From Clostridiales bacterium (GTDB taxonomy: Bacteria; Bacillota; Clostridia; Christensenellales; Pumilibacteraceae), in contig JAFLVD010000002.1 of assembly GCA_022508485.1 (NCBI GenBank), positions 18,226 through 82,225 on the forward strand: a DNA stretch of 64,000 bases, written 5' to 3'. The translations under genes were made by a program, and so were the position numbers. A model generated the notes under the pieces. It worked only from the letters and a program-made list of their open reading frames with translations. It did no database searches and was not told the DNA's origin. Positions 26,008 through 36,172 of the stretch are shown here, piece after piece. Each line of letters starts with the position of its first letter. The first letter of the stretch is position 1.

Positions 26008-26051
26008 AAAAAAAGCCAAAAACAAGAGCAGCGAGGAATCTCGTTGCTCTT
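26008..26051 (-). terminator. Rho-independent terminator after the ABC exporter pair.
   Basis: AAGAGCAGCGAG-gaat-CTCGTTGCTCTT (one G.U pair), followed on the minus strand by GTTTTTGGCTTTTTTT. Confidence 0.7.
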
Positions 26052-26058
26052 AGTGTTT

Positions 26059-28026
26059 TTATTCAAGCTCGAAGGCGCCGGTGTAGAGCTGGTAGTACTG
26101 TCCGCGCTCTTCTATAAGTTTTTCGTGGCTGCCGCGCTCTATAATTCTGCCGTGGTCGAGGACTATTATTACGTCTGAGTTTCGGACGGTGGACAGTCTG
26201 TGGGCGATTACAAAAACCGTTCTGCCCTGCATCAGCGCGTCCATGCCGCGCGAGACTATCGCCTCGGTGCGCGTATCGATTGAACTTGTCGCCTCGTCGA
26301 GTATCATGACCGGCGGATCGGCAACAGCGGCGCGCGCTATTGCAACAAGCTGTCTTTGCCCCTGCGAGAGATTTGCGCCGTTGCCCGTAAGAAGCGTATT
26401 GTATCCGTCGGGCAGTCGCGTAATAAAGTCGTCCGCGCCCGCAAGTTTTGCCGCGGCGATACACTCGTCGTCCGTTGCGTTCAGCTTGCCGTAGCGAATG
26501 TTATCCATAACGGTGCCGGTAAACAGATTGGTCTCCTGCAAAACTATGCCGAGCGAACGCCTTAAATCCGCCTTTTTAATCTTGTTGATATTAATTCCGT
26601 CGTAGCGAATTTTGCCGTCGGCAATATCGTAGAACCTGTTAATAAGGTTTGTGATAGTTGTTTTTCCCGCGCCCGTCGCACCGACGAAAGCAACCTTTTG
26701 CCCGGGCTTTGCGAATATTGTAACGTCGTGAAGAACGGGCTTGCCCTCCTCGTACTCGAAGTCGACCTCGCTTAAAACGACGTCGCCGCAAAGCTTGGTG
26801 TACGTAGTCGTGCCGTCGCCGTGCGGATGCTTCCACGCCCACATTTTGGTAAATTCCTCGCACTCGACTATTTCGTCGTCTACTTCTTTGGCGTTTACGA
26901 GCGTAACATAACCGTTATCCACTTCCGGCTTTTCGTCTATAAGGTCGAACAATCTTTTGGCGCCTGCGATACCCATTACGACGGAGTTAACCTGGTTGGA
27001 CACCTGGTTGATATTGTTAAAGAACTGGCGCGTCATTTGCAAGAACGACACTACGAGCGGAATACCGATTATACTTACTACCGAACCGACCGCAACGCCA
27101 AGCGAAACGTTTCCTACTCCGTTAAGGATAAACACCCCACCGAGAATAGCCACGATAACATACATAACGTGCCCGATGTTGCCGAGTATCGGCATAAGCA
27201 TATTGGCGTATCGGTGCGCGCGGTTGGACTGGTCGCATAAAAAGTCGTTAACCTTATCGAAGTCAGCTTTTGCTTCTTCCTCGTGGCAGAAAACCTTAAC
27301 GACCTTCTGTCCGTTCATCATTTCCTCGATGAAGCCTTCCATTTTACCGGTAGCGCGCTGTTGAGCGAGGAAGTATTTGCCTGCACCGCCACCGACCTTC
27401 TTGGTTACGAGAAGAATAAAAACAATACCTATAAGCACGACGAGCATAAGCCAAACGCTGTACCATAGCATTATAAAGAACAGCGTAATTACCATTATGG
27501 ATGAAGTAATAAGCTGCGGAATTGATTCGCCCACCATCTGCCTAAGCGCGTCGATATCGTTGGTGTAATAGCTCATTATATCGCCGTTGTTGTGCGTGTC
27601 GAAATACTTAATGGGCAAGTCCTGCATACCGTTAAACATCTGTTCGCGCGTCTTTTTAAGAAAGCCCTGCGTGATAATGGCAAGTAGCTGCTTATTTATA
27701 GCGCCCGAAATTAGCGACACGACGTAAAGCGAAATAAGTATAAGCATGTATTTAATTATTTCCGCACCGTACGCGGTCCAGCCAGCGTTGACCGCAATCT
27801 TTCCGTCGGCTATGGCTTTGAGAGCGTCGCCTACAACGGTGAAAATGCGTTCCATAAATACGGACGGAATAGAGCTTATAATCGCGTTTACGATAATCAG
27901 CACAAGCGTTATCGGTACCATTTTGGGGTACGATTTAAAGAGCATTTTAATCGTGCGGCCGAGCACGCCCTTTTGGACGGGCATTCCGCGCCCGGCGCCC
28001 TTAGGGGTTCTTTGTCTCATTGCCAT
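26059..28026 (-). CDS. ABC transporter, fused permease/ATP-binding subunit (exporter, heterodimer partner).
   Basis: Six-TM domain, then Walker A GATGAGKTT, signature LSQGQRQ and Walker B VMILDEATS. ATG 28026 follows a GGGGGG SD. The track start at 28116 lies inside the upstream gene. Confidence 0.9.
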   Translation of the reverse strand: MAMRQRTPKGAGRGMPVQKGVLGRTIKMLFKSYPKMVPITLVLIIVNAIISSIPSVFMERIFTVVGDALKAIADGKIAVNAGWTAYGAEIIKYMLILISLYVVSLISGAINKQLLAIITQGFLKKTREQMFNGMQDLPIKYFDTHNNGDIMSYYTNDIDALRQMVGESIPQLITSSIMVITLFFIMLWYSVWLMLVVLIGIVFILLVTKKVGGGAGKYFLAQQRATGKMEGFIEEMMNGQKVVKVFCHEEEAKADFDKVNDFLCDQSNRAHRYANMLMPILGNIGHVMYVIVAILGGVFILNGVGNVSLGVAVGSVVSIIGIPLVVSFLQMTRQFFNNINQVSNQVNSVVMGIAGAKRLFDLIDEKPEVDNGYVTLVNAKEVDDEIVECEEFTKMWAWKHPHGDGTTTYTKLCGDVVLSEVDFEYEEGKPVLHDVTIFAKPGQKVAFVGATGAGKTTITNLINRFYDIADGKIRYDGININKIKKADLRRSLGIVLQETNLFTGTVMDNIRYGKLNATDDECIAAAKLAGADDFITRLPDGYNTLLTGNGANLSQGQRQLVAIARAAVADPPVMILDEATSSIDTRTEAIVSRGMDALMQGRTVFVIAHRLSTVRNSDVIIVLDHGRIIERGSHEKLIEERGQYYQLYTGAFELE

Positions 28027-29773
28027 CGCCGTTCCCCCCTTTATTTTGCGTAGTGTAAACCTCGGTATAAATCGCGTTACTGCCGAGAAGCTCTTTGTGC
28101 GATCCCACGGCGTCAATCTTTCCGCCGTCGATTACTATAATTCTGTCGGCGTCTTCCACCGAGCTTGTGCGCTGCGCTATAATGATTTTCGTCGTTTCGG
28201 GCGCGTACGATTTAAGCCCGTCGCGAATAAGCTTATCCGTGCGAGTATCGACGGCGCTCGTCGAGTCGTCGAGTATGAGAATTTTCGGATTCTTTAATAA
28301 CGCGCGCGCAATACATAAGCGCTGCTTTTGTCCGCCCGACACGTTGGTACCGCCCTGCTCGATATGCGTATCGTACCCGTCGGGGAAAGAGCGAATAAAC
28401 TCATCTGCTTGGGCAAGCTTGCAAACGGTTTCCATTTCCTCGTCGGTAGCATTGGGATTACCCCACCGCAAATTTTCTTTTATCGAGCCGGAAAACAGCT
28501 CGTTCTTTTGTAAGACAACCGCTACTTGATTTCTAAGCGCGGTGAGGTCGTATTCCCTAACGTCCCGACCGCCGACCGATACGGACCCTTCGGTAACGTC
28601 GTAGAGGCGCGAAATCAGATTTACGAGCGAAGTCTTGCTCGAACCCGTTCCGCCGATTATACCTATCGTTTCACCCGATTTAATGGATAAATTTATGTCG
28701 TCGAGGACGAACCTCTCGGCCGCCGCCGAATACTTAAACTTAACGCCCTTAAATTCTATCGAGCCGTCTTTAACTTCCGTAATTGCGTTTTCGGGGCTTG
28801 CGAGCGTACTCTTTTCGTCGAGCACTTCCACAACGCGGCGAGCGCTTTCCGCAGACATGATAATCATGACGAATACCATCGATACCATCATGAGCGACAT
28901 AAGTACTTGCATTCCGTAAACGATAAGCTGCGACACTTCGCCGACGTTTACGGTGGCACCGGCGTATTTCAGAATAACGTAAGAACCTATCCAAAGAGTC
29001 GCGCACAAAACACCGTAAAAGAAGAACTGCATGATGGGGTTGTTCATTGCGAGTATGCGTTCCGCTTTTGTAAAGTCTATTTGAACGTCTGTCGCAGCTT
29101 TATCGAACTTTTTCTTTTCGTATTCCTCGCGGTTAAACGACTTAACGACGCGCATGCCACGGATGTTTTCCTGAATAGATTCGTTTAGGTTGTCGTACTT
29201 TTTAAATACGCGCTTAAACAGCGGCATCGCCTTTTTGGCAAGCAGCAGCAAAAACAGAGTAAGCGGCGGAATTACGGCAACGAATATCCAGCCGAGCGAG
29301 CCGCCCATTACAAACGCCATTACAAGCGAAAAAACAATCATAAGCGGACCGCGCACCGCTATGCGTATAATCATCATGTACGAAAACTGAACGTTGTTAA
29401 CGTCCGTCGTCATACGCGTAACGAGCGAGGCGGTGGAAAACTTGTCGATATTTTCGAACGAGAAATTTTGTATCTTATAGTACATGTCCTTACGCAGATT
29501 TTTGGCAAAGCCGGTGGAGGCCTTTGCGCAGAACATGCCGGAAAGAGCGCCGCACGCAAGCGACAGAATAGCCATGCCTATAAGAATGCCACCGTACTTG
29601 ATAATGTCGTAAATGTTAATTTCCTCTACCACGCTTACGTCGATAGATGCGACAAGCTTAGAAATTATCCATGGAATAAGGCACTCCAAAACGACTTCCA
29701 GCGAAACGAAAAGCGGAGACAGAATTGACGCTACCTTATACTCTCGGATACTTTTGGCAAGTTTCTTAATCAT
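28001..29773 (-). CDS. ABC transporter, fused permease/ATP-binding subunit (exporter).
   Basis: Walker A GGTGSSKTS, signature VSGGQKQR and Walker B ILILDDSTS. Confidence 0.9.
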   Translation of the reverse strand: MIKKLAKSIREYKVASILSPLFVSLEVVLECLIPWIISKLVASIDVSVVEEINIYDIIKYGGILIGMAILSLACGALSGMFCAKASTGFAKNLRKDMYYKIQNFSFENIDKFSTASLVTRMTTDVNNVQFSYMMIIRIAVRGPLMIVFSLVMAFVMGGSLGWIFVAVIPPLTLFLLLLAKKAMPLFKRVFKKYDNLNESIQENIRGMRVVKSFNREEYEKKKFDKAATDVQIDFTKAERILAMNNPIMQFFFYGVLCATLWIGSYVILKYAGATVNVGEVSQLIVYGMQVLMSLMMVSMVFVMIIMSAESARRVVEVLDEKSTLASPENAITEVKDGSIEFKGVKFKYSAAAERFVLDDINLSIKSGETIGIIGGTGSSKTSLVNLISRLYDVTEGSVSVGGRDVREYDLTALRNQVAVVLQKNELFSGSIKENLRWGNPNATDEEMETVCKLAQADEFIRSFPDGYDTHIEQGGTNVSGGQKQRLCIARALLKNPKILILDDSTSAVDTRTDKLIRDGLKSYAPETTKIIIAQRTSSVEDADRIIVIDGGKIDAVGSHKELLGSNAIYTEVYTTQNKGGNGDGNETKNP

Positions 29774-29800
29774 AAATTCATCTATAATCCTTTCGCAATT

Positions 29801-29829
29801 ATTGTATCACCCACGCGCTTTTTTGTCAA
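29801..29829 (-). promoter_or_regulatory. Near-consensus sigma-A promoter for the ABC exporter operon.
   Basis: On the minus strand: TTGACA (29829-29824), 17-nt spacer, TGaTACAAT (-10 at 29806-29801). Confidence 0.55.
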
Positions 29830-29860
29830 ACGAATACCGTATAAATTATTACACTTGCAT

Positions 29861-29893
29861 AAAAAAAGCAAAGCGTTTTCGCCTTGCTTTTTT
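29861..29893 (-). terminator. Rho-independent terminator downstream of spoIVA.
   Basis: GCAAAGCG-tttt-CGCCTTGC, flanked by an A-run and a T-run. Confidence 0.7.
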
Positions 29894-29914
29894 ATGACTT
29901 ATCGGATAAAGCGC

Positions 29915-31387
29915 TTACAGCAGAATGCAGATTACGCCGCCGCGACCTTCGTTGATTATGCGCGAGAGAGTCCTGCGCATTTTCTTTTGCGTGTCCGAAG
30001 GCATTGAGCTTAGCTTGCTGTTTATACCCTCGTTAACAAGGCTGTCGAGCGATTTTCCGAAAATGTTCGTCTGCCAGATTCCGCCCGGGTTTTGCTCGAA
30101 CTCGCTTAATAAGTAGCTTACAAGGTCCTCGCTCTGCTGCTCTGTGCCCACCACGGGACAGACCTCCGTTTCTATATCGACACGCATAATGTGAAGCGAC
30201 GGCGCCGAGGCCTTCAACTTAACGCCGAAGCGGCTTCCCTGCTTAAAGATTTGCGGATCTTCGAGCGTCATTTCGTCGATAGAGGGCGTAACCACGCCGT
30301 AGCCCGTTTCGGCGACCGACATAAGCGCTTTACTCATCTTGTCGTACGCGCGCTTTGCCTTTACAAGCTCGCCGAGCATACTCATAAGCTCGTACTCGTC
30401 GTTTATCTCTATTCCGCACTCTTCTTTAAGCGCGCGGTAGAACAGTCCGTCTTTTTCCTTTGCTTTGTAAATCGCCCTGCCTTTATCAAGCTCGACGGAC
30501 ACGAGCGTTAACCCGTCGAAGTATTCGCTTTCCGACGCGCATTCGGAGATACAGTCGCGCATCTTGTTCATAGAACCGGCAAGATCGGACGATATTCCCA
30601 CAAGCTCGGTAACGATGGGATTGGCGCCGTCCATCGCCTTTATCCACTCCGACGTTTGAATTATAACGTCTCTGAGCGGAAATTCGTAAAGCACGGTTTC
30701 GAACAGCTTTAATACGTCCGCCTTGTCGAGCTTAGCCGCATTAAGGGTAAGCACCGAGCAGCCGTACTTTTCGCCGAGCGCCGCGGCGAGCTTTTGCGTT
30801 TCCTTAGAGTTGGGCACCGACGAGTTGAGAACAATTACAAACGGCTTGCCGAGCGATTTCAGCTCGTTTACGGTGCGTTCCTCGGCGGCTACGTACGCGT
30901 CGCGCGGAAGGTCGGTTTTAATCGAGCCGTCGCTCGTCATTACGACGCCGATAGTCGAGTGCTCTGCAATAACCTTTTGCGTTCCGATTTCAGCGGCGCG
31001 CTCGAACGGAATGGGGTCTTCCGACCACGGCGTGCGAACAAGGCGCGGTTCTCCGTCCTCGAGGTGGCCGGTTGCGCCGTCGACCATGTACCCTACGCAA
31101 TCGACGAGTCTGACGTTTATCTCCGCCGTGTCGTTAAGCTTTACCCTGGCGGCTTCGCTCGGCACAAACTTAGGCTGAGTCGTCATAACGGTTTTGCCCT
31201 CCGCGCTCTGCGGCAGTTCGTCGCGCATACGCTCAAGCTCGTAACCGCTTGCCGACGGAATTACAAACGTGTTCATAAAGTTTGTTATAAACGTCGATTT
31301 TCCCGAACGGACCGGACCTACGACGCCGATATATATATCGCCGCCAGTCCTTTCCGCTATATCGCTGTAAACATCGAATTCTTCCAT
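29915..31387 (-). CDS. spoIVA: Stage IV sporulation protein A (spore-coat morphogenetic ATPase).
   Basis: DIAERTGGDIYIGVVGPVRSGKSTFI Walker A N-terminus, 490 aa, and the C-terminal ...GRGGVICILL typical of SpoIVA. Confidence 0.92.
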   Translation of the reverse strand: MEEFDVYSDIAERTGGDIYIGVVGPVRSGKSTFITNFMNTFVIPSASGYELERMRDELPQSAEGKTVMTTQPKFVPSEAARVKLNDTAEINVRLVDCVGYMVDGATGHLEDGEPRLVRTPWSEDPIPFERAAEIGTQKVIAEHSTIGVVMTSDGSIKTDLPRDAYVAAEERTVNELKSLGKPFVIVLNSSVPNSKETQKLAAALGEKYGCSVLTLNAAKLDKADVLKLFETVLYEFPLRDVIIQTSEWIKAMDGANPIVTELVGISSDLAGSMNKMRDCISECASESEYFDGLTLVSVELDKGRAIYKAKEKDGLFYRALKEECGIEINDEYELMSMLGELVKAKRAYDKMSKALMSVAETGYGVVTPSIDEMTLEDPQIFKQGSRFGVKLKASAPSLHIMRVDIETEVCPVVGTEQQSEDLVSYLLSEFEQNPGGIWQTNIFGKSLDSLVNEGINSKLSSMPSDTQKKMRRTLSRIINEGRGGVICILL

Positions 31388-31419
31388 ACTACCTCCCGAA
31401 GGTTTCTATTACTGCACAC

Positions 31420-31448
31420 AATATATGTTACGCGTCAGCTCTTTATGC
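31420..31448 (-). promoter_or_regulatory. Candidate sigma-E-type promoter of spoIVA.
   Basis: On the minus strand: GCATAAA (31448-31442), 14-nt spacer, CATATATT (31427-31420). Compare the remembered B. subtilis SigE pattern kmATAww ... CATACAnT. It is 33 nt upstream of the ATG. Confidence 0.4.
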
Positions 31449-31483
31449 CGAACTTTGCTACGCTTTAATCTATGCGGCATGCA

Positions 31484-31512
31484 AAATAAAAAGAACGGGT
31501 TTTACCGTTCTT
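31484..31512 (-). terminator. Rho-independent terminator downstream of plsY.
   Basis: AAGAACGG-gtttta-CCGTTCTT, followed by a T-rich tail on the minus strand. Confidence 0.65.
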
Positions 31513-31552
31513 TAAAATTATATGACTATTTATTTTTTACGATTATTTATTA

Positions 31553-32269
31553 CTATTCCGCGACGATTACTTTTTCAAAGGCCATAGAGCGGTCGACGTA
31601 TTTTTGAGGCTTATGTGACTTTTTGAGCACGACTCTTCCCTCGCAGCCCGAAAACAGTTTAACAAGATTTCCTCGGTGCGCAAACAGCGTTAACGCGAAC
31701 ATGCACATAACGAGTATCGCGCTCGGAAGCGCCGACGGCGATCCGAAGCTTAGGTACCCTTCCAAAGTGAGCGGCGCGCACAAGAGTATAAACGACGTAA
31801 GCGAGCCTATCTTTACATAAATAAGCAGCAACACTCCTATCGCAAACGAAATAAGCATTGCGATAGGCTTACACACCATACACACGCCGAAAACGGTGGC
31901 TATGCCCTTTCCGCCTTTAAACTTCATAAACACCGGATAGATATGCCCTATCTCGACGCAAATTCCGCCGACAAGTATTCCTATTCTGTCCGAGCCGAGA
32001 GTAAGAAACTGACCGTTTCCCATAAACAGCCAACCGAGCAGCGAAGGGATTACGCCTTTAAGCACGTCGAGAACGAGCGTAAGCGCGCCGATAGGCTTTC
32101 CGAATGTTCTAAGCATGTTCATCGTGCCCGGATTGCCGCTTCCGCATGTGCGTATATCCTTGCCTTTAAGCTTACTTATCATAATGGCGGTATTGACGTT
32201 TCCGAGTAAATACGACAGCACACCAACAAGCACGCCGGTAAGTATTTGATAATTAAAAGGTATTTCCAT
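31553..32269 (-). CDS. plsY: Glycerol-3-phosphate acyltransferase PlsY.
   Basis: GSGNPGTMN motif, KGGKGIAT, multi-pass membrane protein. It shares one nt with the der stop (TAATG). Confidence 0.9.
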   Translation of the reverse strand: MEIPFNYQILTGVLVGVLSYLLGNVNTAIMISKLKGKDIRTCGSGNPGTMNMLRTFGKPIGALTLVLDVLKGVIPSLLGWLFMGNGQFLTLGSDRIGILVGGICVEIGHIYPVFMKFKGGKGIATVFGVCMVCKPIAMLISFAIGVLLLIYVKIGSLTSFILLCAPLTLEGYLSFGSPSALPSAILVMCMFALTLFAHRGNLVKLFSGCEGRVVLKKSHKPQKYVDRSMAFEKVIVAE

Positions 32270-33573
32270 TATTCGCTTCTTCCCACAAACTTCATTTGTA
32301 TAGGTGTACCCGAAAAATCGAACGCGCGGCGCAACGAGTTTTCGAGGTACCGCTCATAAGAAAAGTGTATGAGCTTAGGGTCGTTTACTTTAAACACAAA
32401 CAGCGGCGGATTGGTGCCCGGCTGCGATACGTAAAAAATCTTGGGACGCTTACCCTTGTGCGCCGTCGGCTCGGTCGCGGATATCGCCTGCCCGACAAGC
32501 TCGTTAAGAAGTCCCGTGGAAATTCGACGCGAGGCGTTTTCCCACGATTTTTTGGCTTCCAAGAGAATTCTGTCCGCGCGAAGTCCGCTCTTTGCCGACA
32601 CCGTAACCGACGTAAAGTAGCTCATGAACGACAATCGTTCTTTTAACTCGTCGGTGAACTTGTTTATCGTGTGCGTGTCTTTTTCTACTGCGTCCCACTT
32701 ATTTAAAACTATTACGGACGGTTTCCCCGATTCGTGAACAAGCCCGGCTATTTTTTCGTCCTGCTCGGTAATGCCGGCTTCCGCGTCCATAACTACCGCC
32801 ACTGCGTCCGCGCGCTTAATGGCGGCAATCGAGCGTAAAACCGAATACCTTTCTATCGAGCCGGAAGCGATATCGCGCTTACGGCGCATACCTGCCGTGT
32901 CGATTAGTACGAAGTCCTCGCCGCCGACCGTAACGACCGAATCTATCGCGTCGCGCGTAGTGCCGGCAACGTCGGAAACGATACTGCGCTCGTAGCCGCA
33001 AAATCTGTTAAGAAGCGAGCTTTTGCCGACGTTCGGCTTTCCGACAAGCGCGATTTTAAGCGCCGACTTTTCCTCGCCTTCCGTAAAAGTAAAGCTTTCG
33101 GTAACCGCGTCGAGAAGATCGCCCACGCCCGAACCGTGCTCTGCCGAAACGGGATAAGGGTCGCCCAGCCCGAGCGAATAAAAATCGTAAACATTGTCCT
33201 TAGGCGCGGCGTCCGCCTTGTTGACCGCAAGGATAACCGGCTTTTTGCACCGCCTTAACACCTCGGCGATGTCGGTATCGCCGGAAAGGACGCCCTGTTT
33301 AAGATCGGTCAAAAACACAACGACGTCGCTAAGCTCTACCGCGTCGTATGCCTGACGCTTTACGGACAGCGTTATGTCGTCCTGCCCGTCGTCTATTCCG
33401 CCCGTATCGATAAGCGTAAAAGACTTTCCGCACCACTCGCAGTCTGCGTAAAGTCTGTCGCGCGTAACACCCGGCATATCGTCCACTATGGAAACGCGCC
33501 TGCCGGATACTCTGTTCATTAAAGTCGACTTACCTACGTTCGGTCTGCCGACGATAGCCACTACGGGAATCAT
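32269..33573 (-). CDS. der: Ribosome-biogenesis GTPase Der (EngA), with two GTPase domains plus a KH-like domain.
   Basis: GRPNVGKSTL and GKPNVGKSSL P-loops; DTGG and DTAG; NKAD and NKWD. Confidence 0.95.
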   Translation of the reverse strand: MIPVVAIVGRPNVGKSTLMNRVSGRRVSIVDDMPGVTRDRLYADCEWCGKSFTLIDTGGIDDGQDDITLSVKRQAYDAVELSDVVVFLTDLKQGVLSGDTDIAEVLRRCKKPVILAVNKADAAPKDNVYDFYSLGLGDPYPVSAEHGSGVGDLLDAVTESFTFTEGEEKSALKIALVGKPNVGKSSLLNRFCGYERSIVSDVAGTTRDAIDSVVTVGGEDFVLIDTAGMRRKRDIASGSIERYSVLRSIAAIKRADAVAVVMDAEAGITEQDEKIAGLVHESGKPSVIVLNKWDAVEKDTHTINKFTDELKERLSFMSYFTSVTVSAKSGLRADRILLEAKKSWENASRRISTGLLNELVGQAISATEPTAHKGKRPKIFYVSQPGTNPPLFVFKVNDPKLIHFSYERYLENSLRRAFDFSGTPIQMKFVGRSE

Positions 33574-33709
33574 GCCGTAATTATAACATCTTTTTTCGAT
33601 TATGTAAACAATTTTATCGCTTCGCGCATTTTTTACCCCATTTTCATCTCTTATAATAAAACATCTCGGTCGATTGTCTAAAACTACTTAACAATTCGAA
33701 ATGTGTTTT

Positions 33710-34369
33710 TTATTCGTCGAAATACTTTTTGTACTCGTTTGGGTCGATATCTTCCGCTGTTTCCGCCACTATTCGCCTTTTCTTGGCGTACACGGCGTGC
33801 TTTACGGCATACACGATTTCGTATAAAACGACGGCAAACACCGCCGCTATTATAAGCGCGTTAAACGCCGAAGCGCCGCCGACGGCGAACCTGTCGCCGT
33901 ACGCAAAACGGTTTGTAACGCCGACGGCAATCTCGCCGAGCGGAACGCCCAAAAACGTGCCGGCAAGCGCCGCAAGCTCGGTTTTTCCGACGAGGTACGC
34001 CACGAAGCCGCATAACAGTCCCTGAACGATAACGATAACTGCGTCGCTTGCGATAATAAAAAGCAGAAGCTGTACGGACGTATACACGGCGGCGGACGTT
34101 ACGGCTGTTACAAGCGAACGAACAAGCTCGCGCCGCCTCGACGCAAGATATATAAACACCGCGGATATTCCGAGCGGAACGATAAACCCTGCCGATCCTA
34201 CGGTGGCGCCCTCCGTCCTTACGGCAGGGATAAACGCGCCGCCGAGAAGCAGTCCCACAACGGTAAACGCAAGCGGAAAAGGCATTCCGCAGTTTTTAAA
34301 AACTCTGCCGCAAATACCGAAAAACATAAGTGCCGCAACGATTCCCAAAAGAATAAGTCCTACAAGCAT
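33710..34369 (-). CDS. Multi-pass membrane protein of unknown function.
   Basis: 219 aa, very hydrophobic, Gly/Ala/Val-rich, with an acidic C-terminal tail. No motif recognised. Confidence 0.5.
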   Translation of the reverse strand: MLVGLILLGIVAALMFFGICGRVFKNCGMPFPLAFTVVGLLLGGAFIPAVRTEGATVGSAGFIVPLGISAVFIYLASRRRELVRSLVTAVTSAAVYTSVQLLLFIIASDAVIVIVQGLLCGFVAYLVGKTELAALAGTFLGVPLGEIAVGVTNRFAYGDRFAVGGASAFNALIIAAVFAVVLYEIVYAVKHAVYAKKRRIVAETAEDIDPNEYKKYFDE

Positions 34370-34470
34370 ACAAAGATTATTTCCGTATCTGTCGCCGTAT
34401 ATACTTTTCGGTCAACAAAAAAACGAGGCTAAAACCTCGTCTTATTTAATAACTTATTTACACGTATATA

Positions 34471-35007
34471 TTATTTAATTCTTTTTCCAAGCTCGTACGC
34501 TTCCGCCGGATATACCGAATGCGCCGTCTTATCGGGCGTACTGCAACCTTTACCGAGTACCATTCCGACGTCCGTCATATTGAGATAACGCGCAAGCGTT
34601 TTGTAGTGGAATACGAGCGAATCGAACGTCCAGTCGTCTGTCTTTGTCGCGACCGAGATAAGCGCCGATTTTAATTGCTTGCCTTGAAGCGTTTTATTTA
34701 TCGAACACAGTCTGTCAATAAAAAGCTTTAACTGGGCGGTCATTCCATAGTAATAAACGGGTGTTACAAATACAAGCATATCCGCGGCAAGGACGTGCGG
34801 ACGGACTTTTTCCATCTCGTCCTTTTGCACGCACGGCCCGTTATATCCGCAGGCTAAGCAACCGCTGCACGGACGAATGGGAAGATGAGCGCAGTCTACT
34901 ATGCCGACCATGTTGCCGGCTTCCCTTGCACCTTTTATAAAATATTCCGCAAGCAGGTTGGACGAACCTTTGGGGTGCGGACTTCCCGTTAAAACAAGAA
35001 TTTTCAT
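34471..35007 (-). CDS. Flavodoxin-fold NAD(P)H-dependent FMN reductase / iron-sulfur flavoprotein-like.
   Basis: MKILVLTGSPHPKGSSNLL N-terminus, a CSGCLACGYNGPC cysteine cluster, and VFVTPVYYYGMTAQLK. Confidence 0.7.
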   Translation of the reverse strand: MKILVLTGSPHPKGSSNLLAEYFIKGAREAGNMVGIVDCAHLPIRPCSGCLACGYNGPCVQKDEMEKVRPHVLAADMLVFVTPVYYYGMTAQLKLFIDRLCSINKTLQGKQLKSALISVATKTDDWTFDSLVFHYKTLARYLNMTDVGMVLGKGCSTPDKTAHSVYPAEAYELGKRIK

Positions 35008-35134
35008 AAGACTCCTTTCCCTCGAAGCGTTAAATCGTGGGAACGTCGTTATTCCGTCCGTAAAACCGCATAGCCGAAAATAAATTATGTAAAATTTCGC
35101 GGCGCCTAACCGAACGGTTTTTGTTAAATCGATA

Positions 35135-36166
35135 TCAGGTAAGCAGACCGGTGTAATACTGCGTGCGTCTCGAACCGCTCGGAGTATTACCCATCATATA
35201 GTCGATAAAGTTAAAATCACGCCACTTGTCTTTGTTGAGATTGTACACTTTAACGCTGTTTATATAAATCGTAGGTTCGGGCGGTTTCCACATATATCCG
35301 TACGTTACGGTGGATTTATCCGCCGCCTTTTTGGATATTGCGATAAGGTTTTTAACCGTTTCGCCGTCCGGACCGTCAAGCGCATAGCCGACCATAGTAG
35401 GCTCGAGAGTGGACGTGCTTGTGCCGCCGCCGCTTTCGCGTCTGTCCATAGTGTCGACCGGCATATCGTCGTACGTCATCTGGAACTCGGTGCTCGTGTC
35501 GTTATAAAGGAAGGTCAGCGCGCCTATTCGGTGAATAAGACTGTCAACCTCGCCGCCCTTATCGGCATTAAGCTTGTATCCGAATTTATAGCTTACGTCG
35601 CCGTTACGGAATCTGTTTGTCGGGATTGCGGAAAACGCGGAACAATACTCTTTGTTTTGCGCGTGGTGCCGAGTGTTTTCGTAATCGGTAGAGGACGTGG
35701 CAAGACGAGGCTGTTCCTCGTAGCCGCCGAAGCGCAAATAACCGTTTTGCGCGTCGAAAAACACCGTATTGTCAAAATAGCCGGTGGTTGCGAGGAATAT
35801 AAAATTCGTCGCCGCGATATCGTACTTTTCCTCGTCGATAACAAACTCGAGCTTCATGCCGTTGCTCAAATTAAACCGAGCGATTACGTTTTTGTAGCCG
35901 CGGTACGGATTGACCAAAAATGATATAACCGGAATCAAAATGGCGGAAAGAACGAGAATAATCGCAACGGCAACAACCGCCCCTATAACTACGGTCGTCC
36001 CTCGTGAACGTTTTTGCGAGGCTATCATCGCCTTCTCTTGCGCAACGCGTACCTCGGTATAGTCGACGGACTTTTCGGTCGGCTCATCCCTTGTAACGTT
36101 CATTGCCTTTGCGCGTCTTGCTTTTCGCTCTTTTGCCGTAAGCGAATATGTGCGTTTTTCTTTCAA
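35135..36166 (-). CDS. Membrane-anchored, degenerate cyclophilin-type peptidyl-prolyl isomerase-like protein.
   Basis: One TM segment (TTVVIGAVVAVAIILVLSAILIPVISFLV), then ATNFIFLATTGYFDNTVFFD (compare cyclophilin V.NF..L...G.YDG..FHR). The start is ambiguous: TTG 36166 or ATG 36103. Confidence 0.45.
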   Translation of the reverse strand: MKEKRTYSLTAKERKARRAKAMNVTRDEPTEKSVDYTEVRVAQEKAMIASQKRSRGTTVVIGAVVAVAIILVLSAILIPVISFLVNPYRGYKNVIARFNLSNGMKLEFVIDEEKYDIAATNFIFLATTGYFDNTVFFDAQNGYLRFGGYEEQPRLATSSTDYENTRHHAQNKEYCSAFSAIPTNRFRNGDVSYKFGYKLNADKGGEVDSLIHRIGALTFLYNDTSTEFQMTYDDMPVDTMDRRESGGGTSTSTLEPTMVGYALDGPDGETVKNLIAISKKAADKSTVTYGYMWKPPEPTIYINSVKVYNLNKDKWRDFNFIDYMMGNTPSGSRRTQYYTGLLT

Positions 36167-36172
36167 GGTGTC

